The notes under the pieces are model-generated. The model saw nothing but the letters and a program-made list of their open reading frames with translations, did no database searches and had not been told where the DNA came from. The position numbers were made by a program, and so were the translations under genes. A stretch of 55,005 nucleotides of DNA, the filler included, from Bipalium vagum (taxonomy: Eukaryota): assembly GCA_037834085.1 (NCBI GenBank). It is 3 parts of 3 records of this genome, joined end to end, with 100 filler letters (N's around TTAATTAATTAA, not from the genome) between each part and the next. Parts side by side here need not be neighbours in the genome. Positions count along the whole stretch, not along the records: positions 1 to 19,164 come from JBBMKC010008478.1; 2 more parts are not named here. One strand, written 5' to 3'. Of the stretch, positions 1 to 13,900 are shown in pieces; positions within the stretch are counted from its first letter, which is position 1; the number at the start of each line of letters is the position of its first letter.

Positions 1-289
1 ACATATTAATATTCACTCATATTAATGTATTTATAGAAAGTTTTTATTCTTTACCTGGTGATTATTCACCTTAATATTTTTATTAATTTTGTGGGCTTAG
101 TCTTAAATAACTTCAACCCACAATTTATATTATTATTATTATTATATTTATTTATTTTACTTTTAAAAAATTTATAATTTAAATATTATTATTTTTATAA
201 AATATATAATGACATATAGAGTCATAATATAAAAAGAAAGTAAGCCTAACAAGGCTTTTTCATGCAAATTTCACAATTAAAAATATTAG

Positions 290-487
290 TTATGTGTTTA
301 TTATGAGCTTTGGAGAATCATCCTCCATAAGCTCTTGCTCTGATTGTAGCGGTTCCGGCTCCTTTGTGGCCTTTGAGTTTGATTTAATGGGTGCTGGGAC
401 CTCATTCTCATCATCACTCTCATCTTTCTCATTCTCATCAACATTCTCATCATAAATAAATTCATGTTTTTCTAGGTCATTTTTTGA
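290..487 (-). other. Acidic low-complexity reading frame cut by the Chapaev3-like terminus; probable remnant of an older element or gene
   Basis: Open frame (DENVDENEKDESDDENE...) ends in TAA at 290-292. No ATG, and it abuts the CAGTG transposon end. Confidence 0.25.
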
Positions 488-1340
488 CACTGATTAAAGA
501 AATGCTATCAAGCTTTGCTTTAGCACATGGGAATTCTAAATTATGACTTATTTAAAATTTGAATTGTATTCTAATGGAAATAAGCATTTCGCGTGACTGT
601 TTTATCTAAAAAATGTTTGCAAAACATTAAATTCTCACTAAAGGTGTACTCATAATTCACCATTAGAAGTGGCGTAAGACTTTCTTCTATATTTTCTGTT
701 CAGATAATTTCTGAATTACTTCCACTAGAGGTCTGGTAGCATGCTTTCATTCTAAAAACCTTAATAACAATGTTCCATACACTATATGTGTTGGTAAAAC
801 CGTTTATTTTTGTTCATCACTTACTATTCTTAAATTTTCATGAAAAATTGCAAATGTTAGTCAAGGAAATGTAGGTTTAACGACATACTGGAAACCATTG
901 ACTGATATGCCTTTAACACATTTTTAACTTCTTCTATGTACATAAGCGACTTGTGGTTTCCAAGAAAATGTTCACATACTTTTTGAAATGTCAAATGTGC
1001 TTCAAGTTCAAGATTACTTAATAATTAATGAAATTTGTCATTATATAGGACTTCTCTGATTTGTGGTCCTACAAAATTTCTATTATGAATTTAAATTTAA
1101 ACATTTAGAATTTATCTTGACCATGGTTTTCATAACTTTTTCATTAATCTGAATTTAATCTGAAGTGGTGGCATAAATATTTTATTTGGATCAATCAAAG
1201 GAAGAAACTGAACTGGTCATATATGTTACTTGACTACCAGTATGGTGTGACATGATGATCATCCGTAGCTCAACTATCCCAGAGACATAAGAATCAGAAC
1301 TATATTTAAAAATTTCCTTGCATATCCATCATCACACCAT
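488..1340 (-). mobile_element. Decayed Chapaev3-like (CMC superfamily) DNA transposon, 3' half
   Basis: Minus-strand translation across stops and frameshifts gives FLCLWDS, PLIDPNKIFMPPLQIKF.LMK, FVGPQIREVL, HFLGNHKS, MSLNLHFLD.HL, VSDEQ..RFYQ and KYRRKS. This is the motif order I recall for this transposase family (FLCLWDSR, PPLHIKLG, FVGPQIR, MSLKxHFLxSH, SDExGERFHQ). A terminal CAGTG (CACTG on +) lies at 488-492. The family assignment is from memory, not a search. Confidence 0.7.
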
Positions 1341-1379
1341 TGGCACAGTAAATGGTATAGATTTTTTCCTTTTGTTTAT

Positions 1380-1830
1380 CCAGTCAAGCAAACCATTGGA
1401 TCATGTTTAACAGGTGGAATGATGTGCAATGATTTGTACAGCTACATAAAAACTACATTGTTCCCAAAAGAAAATTTTTGCATTGCCAAGAACAGTTGGT
1501 AATCAGAAGGTGCAATGTCTGAACTGTAAGAAGGATGAGATAAAAGTTCCCAATCAAAGATGTTAATCTTCTGAACTGTCTTCTTTGCGTTATGCAGTGG
1601 TGTATTATCATGATAATTTATAATTCCATTTCTGTTTGCCAAAGCTGGTCAATTTTTTTCAATTACATCTTTCATTCCTCGAATCCTGATCATAATAGAT
1701 ATTCCCGATTATTGTTTCACCAGGTTGTAGAAGCTCAAAATGCATAATAACCCTAGTGTACAACCAGTAATTAATATTATTTTTTTCCTTGAATATTTGG
1801 TTTTCCATTCATTATAAATCTTTGGCAATG
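1380..1830 (-). mobile_element. Mariner transposase remnant (C-terminal DD34D region)
   Basis: YHDNTPLH and WELLSHPSYSSDIAPSDYQLF in ORF 1442-1642. Upstream HFELLQPGETI also present. Boundaries are approximate. Confidence 0.85.
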
Positions 1831-1991
1831 TAAAAGACATTGATTTTTACAAATAGAGTTGTCATATATAACCTATTTCGTGTTACCAGTTACCATCAGA
1901 AAGTCTCATTTTTTGTTTGGAAATAATGATTTTGCAGTGCATAAGGATTATGTTCAGAACGCAAGGATTAAATATTTTTCTCTATATTTAG

Positions 1992-4900
1992 AAATCAATC
2001 AATTGAACTTGCTTCTCAGTCTGGCCATTCTTGGATTGGTCAAAGCCATAATGAATCTGATCTTAGTTTCACAGAAATTTTAAGTCTTCATGCCGGCCTA
2101 ACTTCAAACGTTAAATATCCTTTATTCTATTTCCGAGTATCAGGAAGTTCTGTACTTTCAAATGAAGAGGAAACCGATTGTGAATTTATTCAAAGTCACA
2201 GAAACAGAATGGAAATCCTAAAACAAAAGCTGATCAGAAATAGTTTGCCAATTAAATTCTATGGGTCAGATACAGAATTCCAGGAGGCTATTGAGGAAGA
2301 TTTGAATAAAATTTTCACTAAATTCCCAGATAAAATTTCAAATCAAGGTATTTTAAATGTGGCTACATTTCGAAATTAAAGCGAGATTTACTTTAATTTA
2401 TTGTCCTAATTTTGATAATAATTTCTAAAATTCTGGAGGATATAACACAAGGCAATTGTATAATATTTATTACTTTTTACAGAAACCTTTTAAGTTCCAT
2501 GAATATATTTTTATTTTTAAATATTTTTAGATTTTATATGAAATTAGTATATTAGCTATAATTGTTAAACCACTCTTTAGAAAAATTGAACCAAAATGAT
2601 TTACTTTTTAAATATATTTTAATGTTCTAAAAATATCAATATTTTCATAAAATTGATTTTATTTTATCTTAAATTAAAAAACATCTCGTTAATCAATAAT
2701 TAAATATTAGAGTAAGACGAAAGACTAAATATATTTTGTTTCTCGTCAACGAAAATATTTTACTGGTCGAAGTATGGCTTGATTTTCAATTCAGACCTAT
2801 CATTGTCCATTGTATGAATTATAGTCAACAAAGTCAAAATCACAAAAATATGTAGCTCTTTAGTATGGTATACAATTTGATGAATGCATAATAATGAAGC
2901 AACAAAAAATCAAACACAAATATTCATCAATACCCTTTAGACCTTTAATTAATTTATCTTTTGAAAATGTATTGATAAGTGTAAGTATTAGCACTTGGTT
3001 ATCAAATAATTAATCTTCATTTTAATGGTCTATGCAAATGATGTCAATCAAATTATTTTAGAACAATAATTAACTAGTAATAGTTTTTGTAATTTAATTT
3101 TTTTAATATTTAATAAATATAATTAAAATAACAATCTGGATGTAATTAAAAATAAGTAATTATGTTGAATTTGTAAAAGTTAATGAATAGAAATATTCAT
3201 AATTATATATTGTGGATTTAAGGAATTTTAACAATAGAAAAATGATTTCTTTTCACTCTTACCAGTATTAGGCTTTATAAAGTTCCCTGATAAGAGTAAA
3301 TTATTATCAGGTAACGAACTGTTTTTTCGTTTTTTCAGTTTTCAATTTTTTAGCCTCTGGGATTCTCATTTATCTACTGATTTAAATTGTCTTTGTTTTA
3401 GTTTGCTGCTTAAACATGCGAGTTTCAAATTTACTGTATAATTAATGTTATTAACCATTTTTCTCTGGAATAGGTGCTCCAAAAGTTCGCTGAACTAATC
3501 ATAAAGGAACAGTGCAAAATTGGTTCAAAAAATTCAATCATTGGGATTTTTCATTGGAAGACAAAGAGAGGTTTGGAAGGCCGAAAGACTTAGAGGATTA
3601 TCACATTATGGACTTTCTTGAACAAAACAGATCAATTAGCGCTAAACAAATCGCTTCTGAGTTAAATATGAGTGATAAAACCATAAGAAACCGACTGAAA
3701 ACGTTAGGATTCACTTGTAAACTCGACAAATGAGTTTCTCACCAGCTAGTTGAAAAAAACAAGTTGGATCGCATTGAAATTTGTTCAAAACTTCTCGAAA
3801 GAAATCGAAATTATTCTTTTCTCGACCGGATAGTCACTTACGATGAAAGGTGGATCTATCATGACAACATAACCAGATGAAGATCGTGGTCGAAAGGAGA
3901 GCCTCCGCAAAAAATTGAAAAACGCAAACTTACGCAAAACAAGGTTTTTTATGCATTTGGTGGGATTCTTGTGGAATTACTTATCAGGAGTTTCTCAAAT
4001 CCGGGGAAACCATTAATTCTGATGTCTATTGTGACATGCTAAGAAGAGTTCATGTTATAAAGGAAAACCGGAGCAGTTTGATAAACCGAAAACAAGTGAT
4101 TTTCCTCAAAAAAAATTCCAAGCCTCACAAATCAATGAAGACATTGAAGGTTATTCAGGAATTGAACGGGACTCTAATGGAACATCCGCCATATAGTCCC
4201 GATATTGCCCCATCCGATTTTTATTTGTTCCGGGTATTACAGAATCACTTGATGGGTAAAAATTTTAAGAGCTTCGAAGGTATAAAGAATGAAGTACTTT
4301 CTTTCTTTCATTCAAAAGATCTAGATTTATTTAATACTGGGATCAATAAACTTCTAAATATATGGGAGGTAGTAATAGAAAAAGATGGGGAATATCTGGA
4401 TGATTATTTGTTTAATAATGTTTTTTGATTAATAAATTAATTTTAACTTCAGTCTTAGTTTAGTTTTTAATTAAAAAAACGAAAAACTTAGTTCGTTACC
4501 TGAGTTAGATCCTAAATGGGTGACCGAAGGACCCGAGGAGGTTGAATCGAAATTGAGACATTGTAACTGTTATGATATTGTCATAAGATTTAAAATAAGT
4601 TTTGGACTTACTTGTTAAAAATATTTGAACAGTGAAGTATTTTAAGAACTCTTGCGCTTTATTAATTTACTAGATACGTTTACCATGAAGCTAATAATGA
4701 CATACCAATTTCGAATGTACAAATTTTAGAAAAATGAATCTAATTTTTAATGGTTTCTTTAAAAATTTAATATGAAATACTGTCTTCTTAATCCGATTTC
4801 TATTAAAATTATTAATTTAACCAGTGTTTGGAGTCTTAAGTAATTAGCTTTGAGAATTAAATAATTATAAACTAAATTTAAGTGCTTTATAAATAAGTTA

Positions 4901-7900
4901 TCTCTAACACTTTTAATGAAGATATTTAAAGTATAATAATACAGGAAAAAATTAAAATCAAAAATACCAGAGAAAAATAGTCGCACAGTTATAAAAATAT
5001 GACAACTGTAAAACAAGACAAAAATACAAAGCAAAAATAATATTTTTAAGCTGCTTTTTGAAGAATATAATAAACCGGAAAATACATAAAAACAAGACTT
5101 GGTAAAGGAATCTGCAGTAGATTTAAGCTTAATTTTATGTACTATTTTCCTACCAGAAATTAATTCATTGTTTCCAAGAGAAAAAATGGAGAGAATATCT
5201 AAGTAGGTAGTGGTAATAATTTTCATTTTTTTAATATCAATATATAATATTAAAATTTTAATTTCATTTTTTATCTACTAGTGTTTAGGATTATTTGATT
5301 TTAATTATTTTAGAATTCAGCGTGGATGATTTTCAATATGTTTATGAAATTTCTCTAAATTATGTTAATCCTGAGATTTTCATTATTTAGTTTTATTGAT
5401 TTTATGTACTTAGTAATATAAAATTTAAAATTAGAAAAAGAAAATTTTTTTCCGTGAATTTTCAAAAAGTTCAATGATCACTGTCAATTTATTTTTTGAG
5501 CTTACAACTATAATTTTATATTTTATCGATGTTTGTGATTGCTGGGTCTTCACTGATTTGATTATCAATTAAACTCATTGAAAATATAACAATAAATAAT
5601 ATGACATCACGAAAAAAACATTTAATATTTTTTCTTTCTTTTTTCTTATTATCTAAAAAAATATTTTATTTTATCCTTAACCTTAGTTTTTAATTAAAAT
5701 TCAAAATTTTAAAATAAGCTATAAACATCAAAATTTATTCATAAAAATTTATTGAACTTTAAAAAAATTTAATAATTCAAATGTTAAAAAATCTTTAAAA
5801 TAGAGAAAAGGCTTTTACTAAAATTTATCTTTATTTCAACCAATATAATGTTTGTTGAAAAATTTCAGGATTTTTGATATATTCTAAAAGCAATCACTTC
5901 AAATAATTCTTATAAATAATCTTTAGAATTCTTACCGATAAACAAAAGAAATTTTATGATGTTGTCTGGAAGTTAGATACAAATTGAAAAAATCAGTTAC
6001 GTTTCTTAAAAATCCAATAATTATGGAAAAATATTTATTCATGATTTTTAAATATTTTCATTTTCTATGCAAAGCCAAATTTTCAAATTATTTTTTTGAG
6101 AATTTAAAATTTTTTTAATATGAAATATTTTTTGTCTCATTGGAAACCAAATCTTTACAATCTAGACATTCTATTTATTGATCAACATTGCTTCGAGAAT
6201 GAATATAGGAAAATTTTCGTAATAAACGATAACATAAAGAGAATATTCCAGCAGCTGGACTGGTTTTGCAGTTCTCTTAAACAATCAGCAGATGATAATG
6301 ACAATTATATTCATAATGGGAGAATCGATGAATTGCTCGAAAAGTTTTATCGTAACGAGTTCAGCGATCGGTTGAGAAACACATATAACAAAATAAAGTA
6401 ATTTTAGAAATTTACTCAATTTTACAAATGATATACATTTGATTTTTTCATGATAGACTATTTATATTTTATATTTATATTTAAATACTTTTCTTTCTCT
6501 CTTTCGCATCTAAAAATTTTCTCATTAAAAAAATCTGATAATGTCTCACTTTCAAACAATGCAGGTCTATGATTTCATTATACAATAATAATGGTTTAAA
6601 TTTTGAAATGACCTAAGAGAACTTCTAATTAAGATTTTGTTGAATTAGAATCACATTAAATATAATAAATTAATTAATATTGAATTGTTTTGTTAAAATG
6701 CATCAACGACTATATTGAGTATAAAAATGTTACTCAATGAAAAGTCCTATATTTTTAACGATGATGTCCTAAAATGAGCTGCTGTAAATTTAATAATAAT
6801 AATAGTAATAATAACAATAAAAATAATTATAATATTAATAATAAAAGTTTTAATAATAATAATAAAATGAAATAGAATAAGGTATAAGAATAAATATGAA
6901 ATAATTTTCTTAATCTTAATCATAAGGTAATTGTTTTATACATTGTTAATTGGTATATTCTAAATTTAAAAATAGAAATTATTATTTTGAAAAGATTTTC
7001 ATATATTTTATTGTTTAGAAGAATTTTTAAGTGTCAGAGGTTATTTTCTTTGTTAAAAATATTTTTTAATCAATACAGTTTTATTAAAATAAATAAGATC
7101 TTATTTTTCGAATTTTTGCATAACTGTATTACATTTTTATTTATTAATAATCATTATAATATATATATTTTTATACATTTTATTTAATATTTAGTTTTCA
7201 TAATTAATTTTTTCATATATAAATAAGATTTCTTAGATGATTTTCAATCTTATGGTTTCTAAATAAAAATATTTAAAATTAATATGAATTTTTTATTATC
7301 GTATTTCCGAAGTATTAATTTATTTTAAAATTAAAACAAATTAAATTTGTTTCTTTTATTTTTCATAATTTGTTAATATATGGAAAATATTAATCAAAAT
7401 GTTTGTTCCACCTGACTTCGAAATCTAATGGTTGGGTACTCTTTTGTCTTTAAAGTAGCCCGGGTCTAATATAGTTCTTGTCGACCAATCATGATCTAAG
7501 GACCATTATCAAAGCCATCTAGCCTCTTTCTAATTGATAACTAATTAATTTAATTATTTTTAAAGATATTCGAAACACATTCAAAGAATTGAAATTTATG
7601 ATACTGACGACTCAATTTATTTAATCGTAACAGCTGCAATTTCAATCAGTTTAATATAGTAGAACTCAAAAATTTAAAAACTTCAGAATTAAAATTTGTC
7701 TAAATTAATTCAATTTACTTTCTCAAAGTTCATTATATCACTAGTTATTAAAAAATATCAGTTTGGTGGATCAATTCAATAGATCGAAATTAAATTAAAC
7801 AAAATTATTAATTAAAATTTCACCAACCTTAAAATTATTAAATCGAAATCAAAATTTCTTTGTCACTTAAAACTCTTTAAAGGTAATATTAAACCTTTGA

Positions 7901-10900
7901 TAGACCGAGTATTATGTATCTTTGTGAAAAAAGGAAATCTAATCCTTTAAAAAAATCATTAGCCTAATAAAGCAAAAATATATTTTATTTTATTTATTTT
8001 CTTTTTATTATTTTTATCAATAAAAACTATTATTATTACTATAATTACTAATACCATTATTATTATTTTATTCTCAAACATTCTGAGCAAATCTTAAAAG
8101 TATTTCTATACAATTTTATAATTAAATTTTTAATATAGAAGTTTGGTTGTGACTTATAAATATGTTATAATTCTAATTTTATATTATTTGTCTTAGTCTT
8201 AGGCTCTCTGGACAAAATTATTATTGTAAGGATCATCGGATCTTGATACTTACCGGTCCTCGAGGAGCCGGGAAGTCAGCTATATTAACAAACTGGTTAG
8301 CAGGAAAAGGAAAAGGTAAGTGTATTTCACCTTTTATTAAAGATTGATTGAGGCCATTAAAAAAGTTACTAATTGATTCTATCATTCTTTCGAAAATTGT
8401 TTTCGCATGTTTTTTTGCATTATTAGCGATCACATATCATATTTAAATCATATTTCAAAATATTACGTACACATTCTTCCGAGATCAGAATTGTTTGAGC
8501 TACTTCACGAGTAGTTATACTTTGTTTTTCACCTAAAATAACGTGGATTTCCTCAACAATTTTTGATGTTGATCACTACGATGATCATATTTAATCGATG
8601 TACCGACCAGATTTAAATGGGATGACCCAATCTTTCACTGTCGCATAGGAAGGAACACTTTTGCCCAACACATCAACCATATCTGTCTAAATTTCTTACT
8701 TAGACAATCGTTTTTTAAATAAATATTCAATCACAACACAATTTTTCAAGTTTTTCATTCTAAAAGTAAACAACTTTATACACATTTAAAGAAAGAATCA
8801 ATTAATAGATTTATTTGAAATTTTACATAGATACTTTTGATAAACATAGTTATAATCCAAAATTAGTGCCAGTTATGTGAAAGGCCAAAGATTTTTCACG
8901 CAACCTACATGTACATTTATATAGTAAAAAAATAAAATATGAAGTTACAAGAAAATATTGTTAATATTCAAATAAATATTAATCTAACTAAATTTTATCC
9001 TGACTTCAAACTGCAAAATAATGGTCAGTTCGAATAAAGAATATCGTAATAGAAATCAATTTATCCACAACAAAAATCAGCCCAAACGCGTTCGCCAGAG
9101 CTGAATAATTAAATGGATTAGGTTTCCTAAATAAAATCATCAATGAAAATAATTATTTAATTTTTAATATGGAAAAGTGATAATTATAATTTATCATTTA
9201 TTGTAATTTTATTATTATTATCATATTATATTAACACAAAATGAGAATCTCATTAAAAAAATTAACTAAAATTATTATATAATAAAATATCGTTATTATA
9301 AAATAAAAAATAAAATAAAATTATCAATAAGAATTATGAAGTCGTTTAAACATTAGAAATTAACATAATTGTTATTAATAAATTCAACCTTGTTCTTGAA
9401 ATAAATAATTATTTATATATTATAATACATTAATCAAATCTTACATCTCTTTATTATTTTTAAAACAAATAAAAAATAAGAATAATTAATGTGACTTTTC
9501 AGGTGATAATACGTTATATATTTCTCATTATTGTGAATCATCAATTCCAAGTTCTGGACTTCGATTAATGCTTAGACGAATAATTAAACAAATTAGAACC
9601 TTTTTTGGATTCAGTATGGTTCAAGGTATTTTGTAACGATCCCGGAACCGTATCTTAAAGAAATTGTGACATCGATTTTAGATAACGACGAAATTCATTC
9701 ATTGGAAGACGAATTTATTGTATTAAGTCAGGAATTCTTAAGTACAATGCTTCTGGCGAAATATTTTGGATATTTCTTGGTAATTGTTATAGACGGGCTG
9801 GATCATGTCGGGAATAAGTGTGCAACATCTGCTAAGCAGGTTTTTTTGAAGTTATTTTATTATAATATTGAATATATACGATGTAAAAGTTAAATTAAAT
9901 ATTATTTATTCGTTACTAATGTTAGATTAAAAATAAAATATTGGTTTTTTAAAACCAATATTATAGACTAAAAAAGTACTAAAGATAATTTTATTTTATT
10001 AATTCAATATTTATTACAACAATCGACATTTCTATTTTGACTTATGCTAATTTCTTATCATATCAAATTATTTTTAAATGTGAAATTGATTTTTAGACAT
10101 ATATTACTATTGAATATATTATTAGCATAAAAATTCCACAAAACAAGAAAGTCATTGACAACCAAAAATTATAAACCCTTTATACAAAAGAATATTTTTA
10201 GATATTATAATTAAATTATAATATTATAATTATCAACAGATTCTCAATAATATTAACAAAATAGACTAACAATAAAAAAATCATTTTTGAGTAATATTGA
10301 GTTGTGTCTACTAAAATTTAAAGAATCAAAGTCATCTAAATTATGCTCCAAATTGTTGTAGGTATTAATTAATATTTTTCTGAAATTTATTTAAGATATG
10401 ATTGAAAATGTTTATTTCTGGTGATTACAATGGTATTAGGAAAACATTTATGTAATTTATCCTCTATAAGTATGTATATAATTTGGAATATTCTAGATTA
10501 AAACAATGGTCTGGATTCCTGAAGTAATTCCTGACAATGTGAGAATCATAATGAGTTGTGTAGATTCAGATTCTTCTTTGATTAAATTAAAAGAAAAACG
10601 AATGGATCTCGAAATTATAGAGATTTTCTCAGAATCTGAAGACCTTCAAAGATCATATATTGATTCCGGTATTTCTGGGTTGCAAAGTTTAATTAAAACA
10701 TTCAATCAAACTTGTCCAGAAAAGTTTATTCAAAGCTTGAGCGATTGGCCTTTAATTAAAATTCCTTTAAGTCAGGTATTCGAATTTAATGACTGAATAA
10801 TAATAATTTATTATTATTTTAAAAAAGAGTTAATACAAATTAATATTATATTTAATTAGATTTAACTTTATAAAATTTATTAATCGAGTTACTTGTACAG

Positions 10901-13900
10901 AAAATTTTGGCTCGTCTTTATCATACTTTTGGCACAACTTTGGATTGGCATCACTTTATCGAAACAATTTCAGAATGTCAGACCTTAATAGAATTAATAA
11001 AAAGAGTGCTCAAATTAATTGTACATTATTTGAATTGGGAAGTGAGTATAAGTTCAGAAAAACTTCTTAAAAAGAAATTTATACCAAAGAAAGATGAAGA
11101 ATTGGAAAAACATACAAGTATTGGAATTTTTTAAAAAGAAATTTATATTTTCCCTCTCCCACTGATTCAGTTCAAGGATGGATTCCAGATTGTTTGAGTT
11201 TGTTGTCTTTATCTAGAAGAGGATTGGAAATTGATTCCTTAGTGTCATCATTAGAATTATTGGGTTACGTAAAGGATTATCAAGTTTTTGAATCAGATAT
11301 TTGGAGCCTTTTTCATTTCACCAGAGATTACATGTTTCGATATCATGACAATAAATTGGTTTTCAGCAATTCCATATGTCGGGAAATAGTGCAACACATA
11401 TTTCTTGGTAGATAAGTTTTCCTACTTATTTTTTTATTCTCTTGTCATTTTTCTCAAACTTTATTAGTTTTTTTTAAGCAATCGCAACCTGTAGCTCAGT
11501 AGAACCGAGAACTCGAGAATGTAACGATTTTGTATACGTTGACAGAAGGTGCAAATTACATATTCTTCTGGCATACATTTCTTGGAACAATCGTCATAGA
11601 AATGAAAGCAGTGCTTTAGAATGCATTCATCATCTGGATAAAGCTTCGGATACTGAATCGATAGCAAAGATTATGTTCATTCCATGGTTGATGTTTTTTA
11701 TCTTTAATATTATCTAATTTCCTGGTTTAATATTGAGCTATCAATTTTATTGGTAAAATAATAATGATTATAATCATTATTATTTTTTAAATGACTATTT
11801 ATTATTAAGAGCAATTTTAATTTTTAAAAAATAATATTTTTAATTTTTTGATAAAATTACAAAGATAAAATTGAAGTCTTGACTAAATGTGTAACCATTA
11901 TACAAACTGAACAAACTAATTTTAATGTTGCATGGAGTTGTATTCTTCATCGATTTAAAAGTTATTTTACGAAACCCATAAATTTGATAAGTTTTTTATA
12001 TTTAATCACGTTACTCTCCCTTTCCTATCCTTTTCAATATATAACTTATTTATGTCTTTAAGTGTTCTATTACAACTGTTTAATATGAATGTCGAAAGCC
12101 TAAATCATTGGCAAGGTCAAGTTGAAAGTTCCTTTCAATTCCAATATTACTGGCGTCTGATAAATCTTGAAGACTCAGATATCACTACACAAATCAAATT
12201 GTTCTTGATGCGGTTTTACGACCTGAATTTAAATATAGAAACTGATGAAACTAAACGAAATGAGGCCACAATTATTCAATCAAGTAATCAACAAAAAGTA
12301 ATTGATTTCTTCGTGTTAGCCTTATTGTCATAGACAATTTTAATCGGATTTTTTGACTGAATGAAAATTTTTCTTTTCTAATCTGAAATAAAAATTCCAA
12401 TGCCATTTTCAATTAATTTTTTAATTGATAATTTTTTTATTTTAACAAAAATGATCTAAAACTTTTTTGATTATTTTCTGGTTTCTTTTTGTTAGTTTCA
12501 AATAATAGATTTTTAGGTTTTGATTGTTTCAATCTATATTGTAATAATTTAAAATAAATGAATTCATATTATTAATTTTATCATTTAATTAATAGTTTAA
12601 TAATCAAAAACTATTGGAACTATCAAAAATCATTATTTTTTTTATTATTAATGATTGAATCTGACAAGATTTATAGAATTTTTATTCTCGTTTTATCAAA
12701 CATGTTTGAAAATTTATCAAATAAATTTTTCGATGTTTTGTAAAGTATTTCATAACTTCCAAATTCCAAAATTTAGCTCTTATTATTTTTAATCTTTTCA
12801 GATTATCTATTATCATAAAACTTATAAAATTGAAATTTAGAAATCGCTGACATCTGATTTTTCCCAAAGTTTAGCTATCCAAGTAAATCTGGTTGATGAG
12901 AAAAGTAAAGTTTAAAGTTCAATGTTTTAAAAGTTTATTGTAATTTAAAGAATTTGTTTTTGGATTGTCCGATAACCAGAATTGTAGATTGCTTTTATTA
13001 CTGGCTCAAATATGTGTTTTGATGGATCGGAAAATAATTTCCAGAAAAATATATAGTCATATTGTACAAGTATGTCAACTCTAATAAATTGGAAAGAAAA
13101 TATTATTGAAAAATATTATTGAAAGATTTGTCGTGATAACGTTTTCATTTGCAATGTTCTTTGGTTGGATATCAAACTTGATTCATCTTATCACCGTGTA
13201 GAAACAAACAACGATTATATTGCCACAGTTTTAAAGAAATTCAATAGAATGACAAAAGATCTGTTAGATAACAATTTGATTGACGATCCCAATTTGTTAG
13301 ATCAAATTAAATATTTACGATGTAAGCTATTAACTGTCATATTGATATTCTCACAGTTCTTTTAATGATTCCTTTTTATTTTTAGTTTTTATAACAAATA
13401 TTTACCAAATGTCTTTAAAAATTAATTTTTATATCTTTTCATTTATTAATTTTTATTTTTCATTGATTTTATGTCATTGTAATTACCAATTAGAAAAATG
13501 TACACTAGAAATTTTTTTAATAATTATCAGAAATAATTAAGAGGTTTGCTTAATATGACTACCTCCTAATTGAATCATTTTATATATGTTTTAATCTAGT
13601 GAACAGCAATTTTTTTATTTTATTTAAAAAGCGTTTACTTGAAAGAAAATATATCTGTGTTCATTTTAAATAATTAAATTAATTAATTAACAGAATTAAT
13701 TAATTTTAACTTTTAGAATTGATATTATATATATATTAATCCAGGAGGAAGATAAATTATTAAAATGGTAAACAAAAGAAACGTGTTCATTGGCCTTTTC
13801 CTACTTATAAAATTAAAATCAATAATTTTTTGGAAATGTTAAATTATAAAAATTTGAATGGATAATTGCAAAATATATAAATAAACCAATTTCAATTTTC

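Noticed and set aside
490-540. In-frame TAA upstream of ORF 290-490 suggesting stop-codon reassignment
   Set aside because: The segment is the non-coding end of the Chapaev3-like element. The reconstructed host exons have no internal stops and the complete genes end in standard TAA or TGA.
4759-5226. 155-aa ORF (similarly 6987-7187, 23635-23934, 44432-44656, 49552-49899)
   Set aside because: F/I/L/K/N/Y-rich translations expected by chance from AT-rich DNA; no motifs.
8233-8433. Antisense or alternate-frame ORFs (8233-8433, 11464-11667, 36854-37045, 48775-49026, 48787-48984)
   Set aside because: Shadows of real exons on the other strand or in another frame.
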